Both the position numbers and the translations under genes were made by a program. Under the pieces are notes generated by a model. It worked only from the letters and a program-made list of their open reading frames with translations. It made no database searches and was not told the origin of the DNA. Shown here piece by piece: positions 18,438-27,048 of a stretch of DNA of 64,000 nucleotides. Position 1 is the first letter of the stretch. Each line of letters opens with the position of its first letter. This DNA comes from Candidatus Sulfotelmatobacter sp. (lineage in GTDB: Bacteria; Vulcanimicrobiota; Vulcanimicrobiia; Vulcanimicrobiales; Vulcanimicrobiaceae), in contig DATJRY010000017.1 of assembly GCA_035504415.1 (NCBI GenBank), positions 461,263 through 525,262 of the forward strand. Direction: 5' to 3'.

Positions 18438-19819
18438 CGCGTCACCGCCATGGCGGCGTGTCCGTTGGCCACCGGTGCCTCGCGCCGCGCGGCCTGCGCG
18501 AGCTGGGCGACGTCGCCGAGCCCGGCGACGTCCCAGCAGAGCGCGAGCACGCGCCGCGCTTGTTCCGGGCCGAGAATCGGATCGGCCAGGCCGTGGAACT
18601 TCGCCTCGAGGTCGGCATCGGTCATCGGGCGTGCCAGCGAGCCGATCGCGTGCTCGACGTGCAGCTCGTACATGGTGCCGTCGGTGAGCGTGATCGCGAC
18701 GTGGGCTTGGTCCGCGGCCAGCGCCGGATCGATCTCCGCGCGGATGCGATCGCGCAGCGCGACGACCGCCGGATCGGCGACCACCGCGTCGGAGAACTGC
18801 GGCTCGCCGGCGGCACCGGCGATCAGCGCGACGGCGGCCGCGTGATAGACGCTGAACTTCCCTTCGAGCCCCGTCTGCGGCGTTTTCTTGCCGGTCAGCT
18901 CGAGCACCAGCGGGTGCACGCGCAGCGCGACCGACGCGATGTCGCCGGGCACGAGCTGCTCGGCGTTGCGCAACTGGATGCAGCCGTCGATGGTGGGGTG
19001 GATGACGATGCCGCACGCGAACGGCTTGTAGGTATTCGCCAACAGCTCGTAGCGCTCGCCGAGTCCCTGCGTGATCTCGTCGTAGTCGCGCGCCACGCTG
19101 AGCACGTTGGCCCAGCCGCGCGGCGCTTCGATCGCCTGCTCCGAGCAGGTGAAACCGCGCTCCGCGAGGAGCGCCGCGGCCAGACCGTTCTGCGCGGAGC
19201 GGCCGGGATGGAAGCTCTTGGTCATCGTGCCGAACATCTCGCGCAGGCCGACCGGCTGCGTCGCCGCCAGCCCGAGCGCCCACGCCATGTGCTGTTCGTC
19301 CAATCCGAGGACCTTGCCGATCGCCGCGGCGGCGCCGAAGACACCGGTCGTCCCGGTGATGTGCCAGCCGACGTCGTAGTGCTCCGGGTAGACGGCGTTG
19401 CCGATCCGGCACTCGACCTCGACCCCGAGCACGAACGCGTTGACGAAGTCGGTGCCCCTCATCGGCCGCTGCTCCGCCCAGGCCAGGAGCGCGCTCGCGA
19501 CCGGGCCGGCGGGGTGGATGACCGTACGCAAGTGCGTGTCGTCGAAGTCGAACACGTGCGAGCTGATGCCGTTCATCAGCGCCGCGTGGAGCGGGTCGAG
19601 CCGTTCGGAACGCCCGAGGACGCTCGCGGTCGCCGGCCCCGAGAACGGTCCGAGCGCGGCGATCGCGACGTCCAGCGTCTCGTGGTGCGACCCGCCGATC
19701 GCACAGCCGGCCCAGTTGACGACGGCACGGGCGGCTTCTTTGCGGACCGGCGCGGGCAGCGCGTCGGGGCGCGCCTCGACGACGTAGCGGGCCAGCGTGC
19801 GCGTCACTCCACTCGACAT
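18434..19819 (-). CDS. MmgE/PrpD family protein
   Basis: NGISSHVFDFDDTH, HPAGPV, GWHITGT, TKSFHPG, YKPFACG, GKFS. Start MSSGVT at 19819. Confidence 0.92.
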   Translation of the reverse strand: MSSGVTRTLARYVVEARPDALPAPVRKEAARAVVNWAGCAIGGSHHETLDVAIAALGPFSGPATASVLGRSERLDPLHAALMNGISSHVFDFDDTHLRTVIHPAGPVASALLAWAEQRPMRGTDFVNAFVLGVEVECRIGNAVYPEHYDVGWHITGTTGVFGAAAAIGKVLGLDEQHMAWALGLAATQPVGLREMFGTMTKSFHPGRSAQNGLAAALLAERGFTCSEQAIEAPRGWANVLSVARDYDEITQGLGERYELLANTYKPFACGIVIHPTIDGCIQLRNAEQLVPGDIASVALRVHPLVLELTGKKTPQTGLEGKFSVYHAAAVALIAGAAGEPQFSDAVVADPAVVALRDRIRAEIDPALAADQAHVAITLTDGTMYELHVEHAIGSLARPMTDADLEAKFHGLADPILGPEQARRVLALCWDVAGLGDVAQLAQAARREAPVANGHAAMAVTR

Positions 19820-19908
19820 GGCGCGGTCTACGGTCACGGCGCCAAGGCGACCTTCCACGCCGTTCCGGTCAGCGGAACAGACCGGCGTCGAGCTGAAAGC
19901 GGGGGCCG

Positions 19909-20331
19909 ATGAAGCTCGCACCGGGACTGCGCGTCGGGCCGTCGGCGATTCACGGCCGCGGCTGCTTCGCCACCGCGCGTTTCGCGCGGCGGCGCAAGAT
20001 CGCCGAGTACACCGGCGAGCGGATCACCAACGCCGAGGCCGCGCGCCGCAGCGCCGGCCGGCCGGTGCTGCGCATCAGCGGCCTGGACCAGCGCTGGTCG
20101 ATCGACGGCGGCCGGGGCGGCAACGGCACCCATTACATCAACCACTCGTGCCGACCCAACGCGTTCTTGCAGACGTTCGGAAAACGACTGCTCGTCCTCG
20201 CGCTGCGCGACATCCGGCCCGGCGAGGAGATCACCGTCGACTACGTCGACACGTACCACTCCGACCGCAAGCGCTGCGGCTGCCGCGTTCCGGGCTGTCG
20301 CGGAACGATCAACAAGCCGAAGCGCGCGTAG
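19909..20331 (+). CDS. SET domain protein-lysine methyltransferase with post-SET Cys cluster
   Basis: SAIHGRGCFA, YINHSCRPN, GEEITVDY and CGCRVPGC motifs. Confidence 0.9.
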   Translation: MKLAPGLRVGPSAIHGRGCFATARFARRRKIAEYTGERITNAEAARRSAGRPVLRISGLDQRWSIDGGRGGNGTHYINHSCRPNAFLQTFGKRLLVLALRDIRPGEEITVDYVDTYHSDRKRCGCRVPGCRGTINKPKRA

Positions 20332-20349
20332 CCGGAAGCGGTCGCCGGA

Positions 20350-20688
20350 TCAGGTGCCCCCCGACTTGCAGATCAGACGCTGGATGCGCTCGAGCGTGAC
20401 CAGGCCGTCGGTCAAGACCTCGTCGATCGTGCTCAAGAACCCGCGCAGCCGTTCGATGTCGTCCGTCGCGACCTCGATCAGCATGGGCAGGTCCCCCGGC
20501 GCGTCGGGGTTCCAGTCGACCGAGAGCCGCCGATGGCTTCCGAAACCTTCGATCCCCCGAAAAACGGTCGCGCCACGGAAGCCGTGCTCGAGCAGCCGTT
20601 CGACCAACGCCTGCGTCGTCGAACGTTTGCCGGTGCGCGCGCTCTCCGAGACGTAGATCCGCATGAGCACGGCGTTGTGAGCGATCAT
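20350..20688 (-). CDS. DUF190 (PII-like, COG1993) protein
   Basis: MRIYVSE...GATVFRGIEGFGSH...DLPMLIEV...GLVTLE. Confidence 0.88.
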   Translation of the reverse strand: MIAHNAVLMRIYVSESARTGKRSTTQALVERLLEHGFRGATVFRGIEGFGSHRRLSVDWNPDAPGDLPMLIEVATDDIERLRGFLSTIDEVLTDGLVTLERIQRLICKSGGT

Positions 20689-20759
20689 GGTCCGGTCATC
20701 TCCTCGTCGAAACGGCCCGTCCGACAGGCCCGCCGCCCGCGGTAGCGTATCACTCGGCC

Positions 20760-21104
20760 ATGATCGCTGACCCGTCCTTCGTCCAGGGGCAGCTGCTGCG
20801 GATCTTCGTCGGCGAGGATGCCCACTACCATGGGCAGCCGCTCCACCTCGCGATCATCGAACTGCTCAAGCGCGAAGGGGTCGCCGGCGCCAGCGCCTTT
20901 CGGGGCATCGAAGGCTTCGGCTCGCATCACGAGATCCACCTCAACCGCGTCTTCGCGATCGGCGGGAAACTGCCGATCTTGATCGAGGTCGTCGACTCCG
21001 AGGAGCGCATCGCGGCGCTGCTGCCGCAGATCGAGCAGATGATCGACGAAGGCGCGGTGACGCTCGAGCGGGTCGAGTACCGGCGCTTTCTCAACGCGCG
21101 CTGA
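20760..21104 (+). CDS. DUF190 (PII-like, COG1993) protein, second paralog
   Basis: LLRIFVGE...GASAFRGIEGFGSH...KLPILIEVVDS...GAVTLERV. Confidence 0.9.
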   Translation: MIADPSFVQGQLLRIFVGEDAHYHGQPLHLAIIELLKREGVAGASAFRGIEGFGSHHEIHLNRVFAIGGKLPILIEVVDSEERIAALLPQIEQMIDEGAVTLERVEYRRFLNAR

Positions 21105-21110
21105 CACCGG

Positions 21111-21539
21111 TCAGCCCCGCAGCTCGTCGCTCACGACGAGGACCGGTGTTTGCGCCAGCCGGAGGACCGTGTCCGACACGCTGCCCAGGAGCTTGCGCTC
21201 GAGGCTGCCGCTGTGACGGCGCCCGACCACGATGAGGTCGGCGCCGATGCGGTGCGCCGCGTCGACGAGCGCGTGTGCTGCGTCGCCGTCCTCGATCAAT
21301 GCGAACGACGCGGTGACGCCGTGCCGCGCGGCACGCGCCACGGCTTCCTCGCCGTGCAGCCGATGTCCGCGCAGCTCCGCTTGACGCTCGCGTTCGTCCG
21401 GACCGCCGTGCGGGACCGGTTGGACGACGTCGACGATGGCGAGGCGGGCGTCGAACCGGCGCGCGACCTCCGCGGCGACGTCGACCGCGCGATCGGCGAT
21501 CGCGGTCTCGTCCCAACCGACCAGCACGTGCGAGAACAT
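21111..21539 (-). CDS. Universal stress protein, last gene of the riboswitch-led operon
   Basis: FSHVLVGWD...ADLIVVGRR...LLGSVSDTVL; starts 7 bp after the hyfB-like stop. Confidence 0.9.
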   Translation of the reverse strand: MFSHVLVGWDETAIADRAVDVAAEVARRFDARLAIVDVVQPVPHGGPDERERQAELRGHRLHGEEAVARAARHGVTASFALIEDGDAAHALVDAAHRIGADLIVVGRRHSGSLERKLLGSVSDTVLRLAQTPVLVVSDELRG

Positions 21540-21546
21540 AGACTGC

Positions 21547-23478
21547 CTACCAGTGGCGAACGGCCGGGAAAAGGAGCAGCATGACGATCGTGAACACCAG
21601 AATGTACGAGAGATAGAGCGCGATCACGCCCGACTGCGTCTCGCGCACGACGTCGGCGGCGCGCAAGAAGGCCGCGCCGATCCGGTTCCAGACGGCGACG
21701 CCGACCCAGGCGCGCGCGCGGACCGCGAGGTCGAGGATGACGCGGGTCGGGTTCGCGTAGCCGACGCCGGTGTATTGCGTCCACGGCCGGTACGCTTCGC
21801 CGGACGTCCACACCGGCACACGCGCGGAGCGCGGGCGGCGGATCAGCGCCACCAGCACGGCGAACGCCGCGGCGAAGCCGCCCACCACCAAGCCGAGTCC
21901 GAGCGGCCACGCCGACGAGAAGCCGGCGAAGGCCGGCTCGATGACCGGCGCGTCGGCCAGGATGCGCGCCGTCGCCGGGACGCCGGCCAAGCCGTCGATC
22001 GTGGGCCCCAGGGCGCTGATGAGCTGCGGCGCGAGGATGCCGACGCCGAGCGCACCGACCGCGCCCAGGACCAGCGCGGCGCCGCGAAAGGGATCGCGGC
22101 CGGCGCTCGCGCGTTCGGCCGCGGGCGTGCGCGGGGCCCCCAAGAAACCGATCCCGACGAGCTTCACGAACGCGACGATCGCGACGCCGGCGGCGATGCC
22201 GATCGTGGCGCCGCTCAACGCGAAGGTGATCGTCGCCGTGACGTTGCCGGTGCGGAACGCCTGCAGCAACGCTTCGAGCGTCATCCATTCGCCGGCGAAG
22301 CCGCCGCTCGGCGGCAGCGCGACGAGCGAGCCGGCTGCCGCCAGCACGACGACCGTCACCAGCGGGAGCGAACGCCACAGGCCGCCGAGCTCTTGGAACG
22401 AGGTCGTGCCGGCGTCGGCGCGCACTGCGGCGCAGGCCAGAAAGAGCGTGCACTTCGCGAGCGCATGCGCGGTCGCGTGCGCGAGCGCCGCGGCCACCCC
22501 GATGCCGCACAGGAACGGCAAGTCCAACGCGCGCGCCGCGATCGCGACGCCGAGCCCGACCAGCACGATCCCGGCGTTCTCGACGCTCGAGTAGGCCGCC
22601 AGCGTGCGCGCGTCGCGTTGCACCGCGGCCCAGGCGATGCCGAAGAACGCCGCCAGCGCGCCGCACGCCATCACCAGCAACCCCCACCACAGCGGCGTCG
22701 CTCCGCTCATCCCCAGGCCGACGCGGGCGATGCCGTAGAAGCCGACGTTGAGCGCGCCGCCCGCCATCATCGCGGCGACCAGCGAGGGTGCGGCGGTGTA
22801 GCCGCGCGCCATCCAGATCGGAAACGGCAAGATGCCGACCTTGGCGCCGAACGCGCACAGGAACAGCGCGAACGCGACACCGCGCACCAGCGGCGTCGCG
22901 CTCGCGCCGGCCGCCAAGAGCGTCGGCAATCCGAACGTGCCGTGGCCGACGACGACGAACGCGGCCAGCAGGCCCGCCGCGGCGCCGTGGGTGAGCAGCA
23001 GCGTGAGGTAGGCGGCGGACGGCCCGCGCGGGTCGGTGCCGGCGTAGGCGATGGCCTGATAGAAGGCCAGCGCCAGCAGCTCCCAGCCGAACACGAAGAG
23101 CAGCGCGTCGTCGGCCGTGCAGACGAGCAGCGAGGCGAACAGGACGCCGGCGGTGGCGCACGCGGCGGCGCGGCCGTCGCCGCGTTCGTCGGCGGTGCGC
23201 GCGCCCAGACCGTAGATGCCGACGACGACGCCGACCGCGCCGACGATGCCGAGGAACGCGGCGGCGAGCGGGTCGACGCGCAGCGCGAGATGCAAGGCGG
23301 GAGCCGCACGCCAACTGCGCGCGCCGTGCGCGAGCACGTCGCCCGCGGCGAGGAGTGCCGCGGCTCCGCCCAGCGCCGTGGCGAGAAAACCGGCCGCGCG
23401 GCCGACCGGCCCCTGCACCAGCGCCGCCAGCGCGAAGCCCGCGACGAGCAGCGCGAAGGCGATCAGCAGCGCGCTCAT
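21547..23478 (-). CDS. hyfB: HyfB-like (NuoL/M/N, Mrp-type) proton-translocating membrane subunit
   Basis: LRVDPLAAAF, FGWELL, GAKVGILPFPIW, AYSSVEN, AHALAKCTLF, LPPSGGFAGEW. Start 23478 by ATGA overlap. Confidence 0.88.
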   Translation of the reverse strand: MSALLIAFALLVAGFALAALVQGPVGRAAGFLATALGGAAALLAAGDVLAHGARSWRAAPALHLALRVDPLAAAFLGIVGAVGVVVGIYGLGARTADERGDGRAAACATAGVLFASLLVCTADDALLFVFGWELLALAFYQAIAYAGTDPRGPSAAYLTLLLTHGAAAGLLAAFVVVGHGTFGLPTLLAAGASATPLVRGVAFALFLCAFGAKVGILPFPIWMARGYTAAPSLVAAMMAGGALNVGFYGIARVGLGMSGATPLWWGLLVMACGALAAFFGIAWAAVQRDARTLAAYSSVENAGIVLVGLGVAIAARALDLPFLCGIGVAAALAHATAHALAKCTLFLACAAVRADAGTTSFQELGGLWRSLPLVTVVVLAAAGSLVALPPSGGFAGEWMTLEALLQAFRTGNVTATITFALSGATIGIAAGVAIVAFVKLVGIGFLGAPRTPAAERASAGRDPFRGAALVLGAVGALGVGILAPQLISALGPTIDGLAGVPATARILADAPVIEPAFAGFSSAWPLGLGLVVGGFAAAFAVLVALIRRPRSARVPVWTSGEAYRPWTQYTGVGYANPTRVILDLAVRARAWVGVAVWNRIGAAFLRAADVVRETQSGVIALYLSYILVFTIVMLLLFPAVRHW

Positions 23479-24224
23479 TCGGGTGCCTCGCGGGCGTGCG
23501 CGGCGACGCGGCCCAGTGCGACCCACAAGCCGTGCAGGATGCTCAGCGGCGCCGGCGGCGCGCCCGGGACCTTGACGTCGACCGGCACGACGCGGTCGAC
23601 CGGGCCGAGCACGTCCTGCGGAGCGTAGATGCTGCCCGAGCTGGCCGCACTGCCCACCGCGACCACCAGCTTGGGATCGGGCATCGCCTCGTACGTCCGG
23701 CGCAACGGCTCGGCCATGGCGCGGGTGACCACTCCGGTGACGACCAGCAGGTCGGCATGGCGCGGCGTCGCGGTGAGAAAGATCCCTAGCCGGTTGAGAT
23801 CGTAGAACGGGTTGAAGAGCGCTTGCACCTCCTGATCGCACGACGCGTCGCTGCCGCCGTCGACGTGCCGCACGAAGACCGAGCGCCCGAGCGACGAAGC
23901 GCGGCGCGCCAGGCGCGCCTGCGTGGTGGCGAGATCGGTCGGGATGAGCGAGAGTTCGTACTCGTTGCGCATCGCGTACGCATCGGGCGCGACACGCGCG
24001 CACCAGCCGCACTGGAAACAGCGTTGGCGCAGCACGACCGGCGGCGCGTGCGTGAGATCGATCGCGTTCGACAGACAAGCGCGTGCGCCGCGTTCGTAGG
24101 CCTCCGGCGGAGCGCCGGGCAGAACGGCGGCCGTTCCCCGCCAGTCGGCCGGCATCTCTTCGCGACCGCCGGGATAGCGGGTTGTCAGAATGCCGCGTGA
24201 GAGGCCGCGCAGAAACCAATTCAT
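23475..24224 (-). CDS. Fused ferredoxin-like (HyfH/HycF) plus NuoB-like small subunit (HyfI/HycG) with degenerate Fe-S ligands
   Basis: TTRYP, CFQCGWC, RHVDGGSDASC.QE, FYDLNRLGI..TATPRHADLLVVTG, DPKLVVAVG, DVKVPGAPP. Start 24224 by ATGA overlap. Confidence 0.9.
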   Translation of the reverse strand: MNWFLRGLSRGILTTRYPGGREEMPADWRGTAAVLPGAPPEAYERGARACLSNAIDLTHAPPVVLRQRCFQCGWCARVAPDAYAMRNEYELSLIPTDLATTQARLARRASSLGRSVFVRHVDGGSDASCDQEVQALFNPFYDLNRLGIFLTATPRHADLLVVTGVVTRAMAEPLRRTYEAMPDPKLVVAVGSAASSGSIYAPQDVLGPVDRVVPVDVKVPGAPPAPLSILHGLWVALGRVAAHAREAPE

Positions 24225-25615
24225 CGGTCGGTCTCCGCCACGATCAGCCCGAACGAGTGCTCGATGAACGAGAAGTCGGTGAAGATGTTGCCCGGTAATG
24301 CGGGGACGAACAACGGCCAGTTCTGGAACGACGCGCTGCGGATCGCGACCCGTCGCAGCTGTCCGTCGAAGCGGACCGCGTAGAGCAGCTCGCCCTGCGG
24401 TGATTCCACCCGCGCCATCCCCTCGGCGGCGCCGAACGACGGTACGGCGGCGCACGACGGACCGGGTGGCGCGGCGTCGAGCGCGTTGCGTACCAGCAAG
24501 AACGAGCGATGGATCTCTTCGCGTCGCACCTGCGCGCGGGCGAGCGCGTCGCCGCCGGCGGCCAACGCCTCGTCGGCCTCCTGCGACGTGAAGTTCCAGC
24601 CGTCGCGCGTTCGCGCGTCGCACGGCACGCCGCTGCCGCGTGCGACCGGGCCAACCGCGCCGAACGCGCCGATCGTCGCCGCGTCGAGGTGTCCGGTGCC
24701 GACCAGCCGGTCGATCAGCGAGGGCGTCGCGAAAAGCGCTTCGAGGGCGGCCAGCGTCTCGTGCTCGACCAGCTCGAGGTCGGTGCGGCAGGCCGCGTGC
24801 AGTGCCTCGAAGGCGTCGAATCGCGTCCCGCCGACGCACACGACGCCGCGACCGAAGCGGTTCTCGACCGCGCGCGCCAGCAGCCGGTGAACACGTTCCT
24901 TCGCGGCGTAGGTGTGCGCGGCACCGACGCTCAGCGAGCCGTCGTCGGCCAGTTTGGCCAGCGCGTCCAGGTGTTGGTGGATGCGTTCCAGCTCGCTCAG
25001 GATCGCGCGAGCGGCGCGCGCGCGCGGTGGGACCTCGACGTTCAGCGCTGCTTCGGCGGCGCGCGCAAAAGCCGTCGCGTGGCTGACCGCGGTGGCACCG
25101 GAAACGTGCTCCGCGACGAACGGCGCCTGGTCGAGCGGAACGCCCGCGAAACGCGCTTCCAGCCCACGGTACTTGAATCCGAACGAGGGCGTGACGTGCG
25201 CGAAGTCCTCGCCGCGCGTCTCGATGATCCAGCGGGCCGATTCGCCGATCCCCGAGCGCACGGGGCCGTACAAGACCGTCGACGCGTCAGGCGAGTCGAC
25301 GTGACGATAGCCTTCGGCGGCGGAAGGAATCAGCGGTGAGGGTTCGCCCGGCGCGGCATCGAGCTGCACGCCCCAGCGCTCGACCAGCTCGCGCTCGTGC
25401 CAGCCTGCCGCCGGCAGGCCGAGCGACTCGAGCGCGTTCTGCAGATAGCCGTCGAACGAGCGCAGCGCGCCGTTCTCGTCGACGACATAACGCACGAACG
25501 TGCCGTGCTCGTCGCGATCGGCGTAGCACCATACGAAGCGCGCGCCGCCGTCCACTCGTGCGCGCGCCGCCGCCCGCGCTTGCCGCGCCGTGGCATCGGC
25601 GCGTTGCACGATCAC
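24221..25615 (-). CDS. HyfG/HycE-like (NuoC+NuoD) large subunit lacking NiFe-binding motifs (Ehr type)
   Basis: WHEREL, YGPVRSGIGES, FKYRGLE, ELERIHQHL, GPVARGSG, ARAQVRREE, VESPQGE, RSASFQNW. RxCGxC and DPCxxC are absent. Start GTG 25615 by GTGA overlap. Confidence 0.9.
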   Translation of the reverse strand: MIVQRADATARQARAAARARVDGGARFVWCYADRDEHGTFVRYVVDENGALRSFDGYLQNALESLGLPAAGWHERELVERWGVQLDAAPGEPSPLIPSAAEGYRHVDSPDASTVLYGPVRSGIGESARWIIETRGEDFAHVTPSFGFKYRGLEARFAGVPLDQAPFVAEHVSGATAVSHATAFARAAEAALNVEVPPRARAARAILSELERIHQHLDALAKLADDGSLSVGAAHTYAAKERVHRLLARAVENRFGRGVVCVGGTRFDAFEALHAACRTDLELVEHETLAALEALFATPSLIDRLVGTGHLDAATIGAFGAVGPVARGSGVPCDARTRDGWNFTSQEADEALAAGGDALARAQVRREEIHRSFLLVRNALDAAPPGPSCAAVPSFGAAEGMARVESPQGELLYAVRFDGQLRRVAIRSASFQNWPLFVPALPGNIFTDFSFIEHSFGLIVAETDR

Positions 25616-27048
25616 GGCGAGCCCTCGAACAGCGCTTGCGCGCGGGCGATCAGCGCGACCAGCGGCTCCGGTACGACCAGGCCCAGGCCGATCACGACGA
25701 TCAGCCCGATGCACATCCCGGCGATCGGCACGAGCGCGCGCTCGCCGCGCCGCGTGTGCTCCGGCGGGTCGCCGGTCGTGGTCGCGGTGACCCAGCGCAG
25801 CAGTCCGGCGAACGCGATCGTCAGCAGGACGGCGACGATCGCGGCGAACCAGGGCGTGCGCCCGAAGCCGCCGGCGAGGATCATCAGCTCGCTGCGGAAG
25901 ACGCCGAACGGCGGCAAGCCGGCCAGCGAGAGACCCGCCAACGCGAACAGCACGCCCGAAACCGGCAGGCTGCGGATGCCGCCCCGGATGCCGGCGATCT
26001 CGCGCGTCTCGTAGCGCTCGGCGAGGCGTCCCGCGGAGAGGAAGGCCAGCGACTTGGAGGCGGCGTGGTTGATGGTGTGCAGCAGCGCGCCGGCGATCGC
26101 CAGCGGCGCGCCGAAGGCCAGCCCGACCGCGACGACGCCCATGTGCTCGATGCTCGAGTACGCCAGCATGCGTTTGATGTCGCGCTGCTGCAGCAAGAAA
26201 AAGGCCGCGAGCGCGAGCGAGATGATGCCGACGATGCCGAACAGCCGGTGGGTCATGGTGTCGCCGACGCTGGCATTGGTGATGCCGGCGAAGCGGAGGA
26301 TGACGTAGAGCGCGTCGGAGAGCAAGACGCCGGAGAGCATTGCGCTGGTCGGCGTGGGGCCCGCGCCGTGCGCGTCGGGCAGCCAGGTGTGCATCGGCGC
26401 GAGGCCCATCTTGGTGCCGAAGCCGATCAACGCCAACAAGAACGCCAGCCGCACGGCGTTCGGGTCGAGACCCTTGGCGGCGTGCACGTACGCGCTCCAC
26501 TCCGGCGCGTAGTGCGCGCCGAGCACGCTGGTGCCGGCGTCGTAGAGCACGACCACGCCGACCAGGCCGATCGCCAGACCGCAGGAGGCGATCAGGATGT
26601 ACTTCCAGGCCGCCTCCAACGCGCCGTCGGTGCCCTGCAGGCGAACGAGCAGCGCCGCCAGGATCGTGGTGACCTCCATCGCGACCCACAAGCCGGCCAT
26701 GTTCGAGAGCAGCGGCACGACGGCTTCGGCGCAGGCGAAGGCGTTGGTGAGCGCGAGGAATTGCCGCCGGTAGCGCTCGCCGGCCGCGTCGTCGCGGCTC
26801 TCGGCCGCGACGTACCAGGCCGCGTAGAGGCCGACCCCGCCGTACACCACCGCGACCGGGATCAGGAAGAGCCCGGAGAGCGCGTCGAGCGCCGGACGTC
26901 CGGCGCCGAACGCGTCGAGCAGCATCAGCGCGGCGGCGACCAGGCCGCCGGCGGCCGTCAGCGGCCGCCCGGCGCGCGAGGGAAGCAGCGCCGTCGCGAC
27001 GGCCAGCGCCCCGGGCACGATGACGACGAGCCACGAGAGCGTGCTCAT
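25612..27048 (-). CDS. hyfF: HyfF-like proton-translocating membrane subunit
   Basis: WVAMEVTT, LEAAWKY, GFGTKMGLAPMHTWLPDAH, KRMLAYSSIEH, NHAASKSLAF, GLPPFGVFRSE. Confidence 0.92.
   Translation of the reverse strand: MSTLSWLVVIVPGALAVATALLPSRAGRPLTAAGGLVAAALMLLDAFGAGRPALDALSGLFLIPVAVVYGGVGLYAAWYVAAESRDDAAGERYRRQFLALTNAFACAEAVVPLLSNMAGLWVAMEVTTILAALLVRLQGTDGALEAAWKYILIASCGLAIGLVGVVVLYDAGTSVLGAHYAPEWSAYVHAAKGLDPNAVRLAFLLALIGFGTKMGLAPMHTWLPDAHGAGPTPTSAMLSGVLLSDALYVILRFAGITNASVGDTMTHRLFGIVGIISLALAAFFLLQQRDIKRMLAYSSIEHMGVVAVGLAFGAPLAIAGALLHTINHAASKSLAFLSAGRLAERYETREIAGIRGGIRSLPVSGVLFALAGLSLAGLPPFGVFRSELMILAGGFGRTPWFAAIVAVLLTIAFAGLLRWVTATTTGDPPEHTRRGERALVPIAGMCIGLIVVIGLGLVVPEPLVALIARAQALFEGSP

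Noticed and set aside
21547-27048. DabAB/MpsAB inorganic carbon pump
   Set aside because: NuoL-like subunits are present, but there is no DUF2309 (beta-CA-like) partner; the partners are NuoB/C/D/H homologs.
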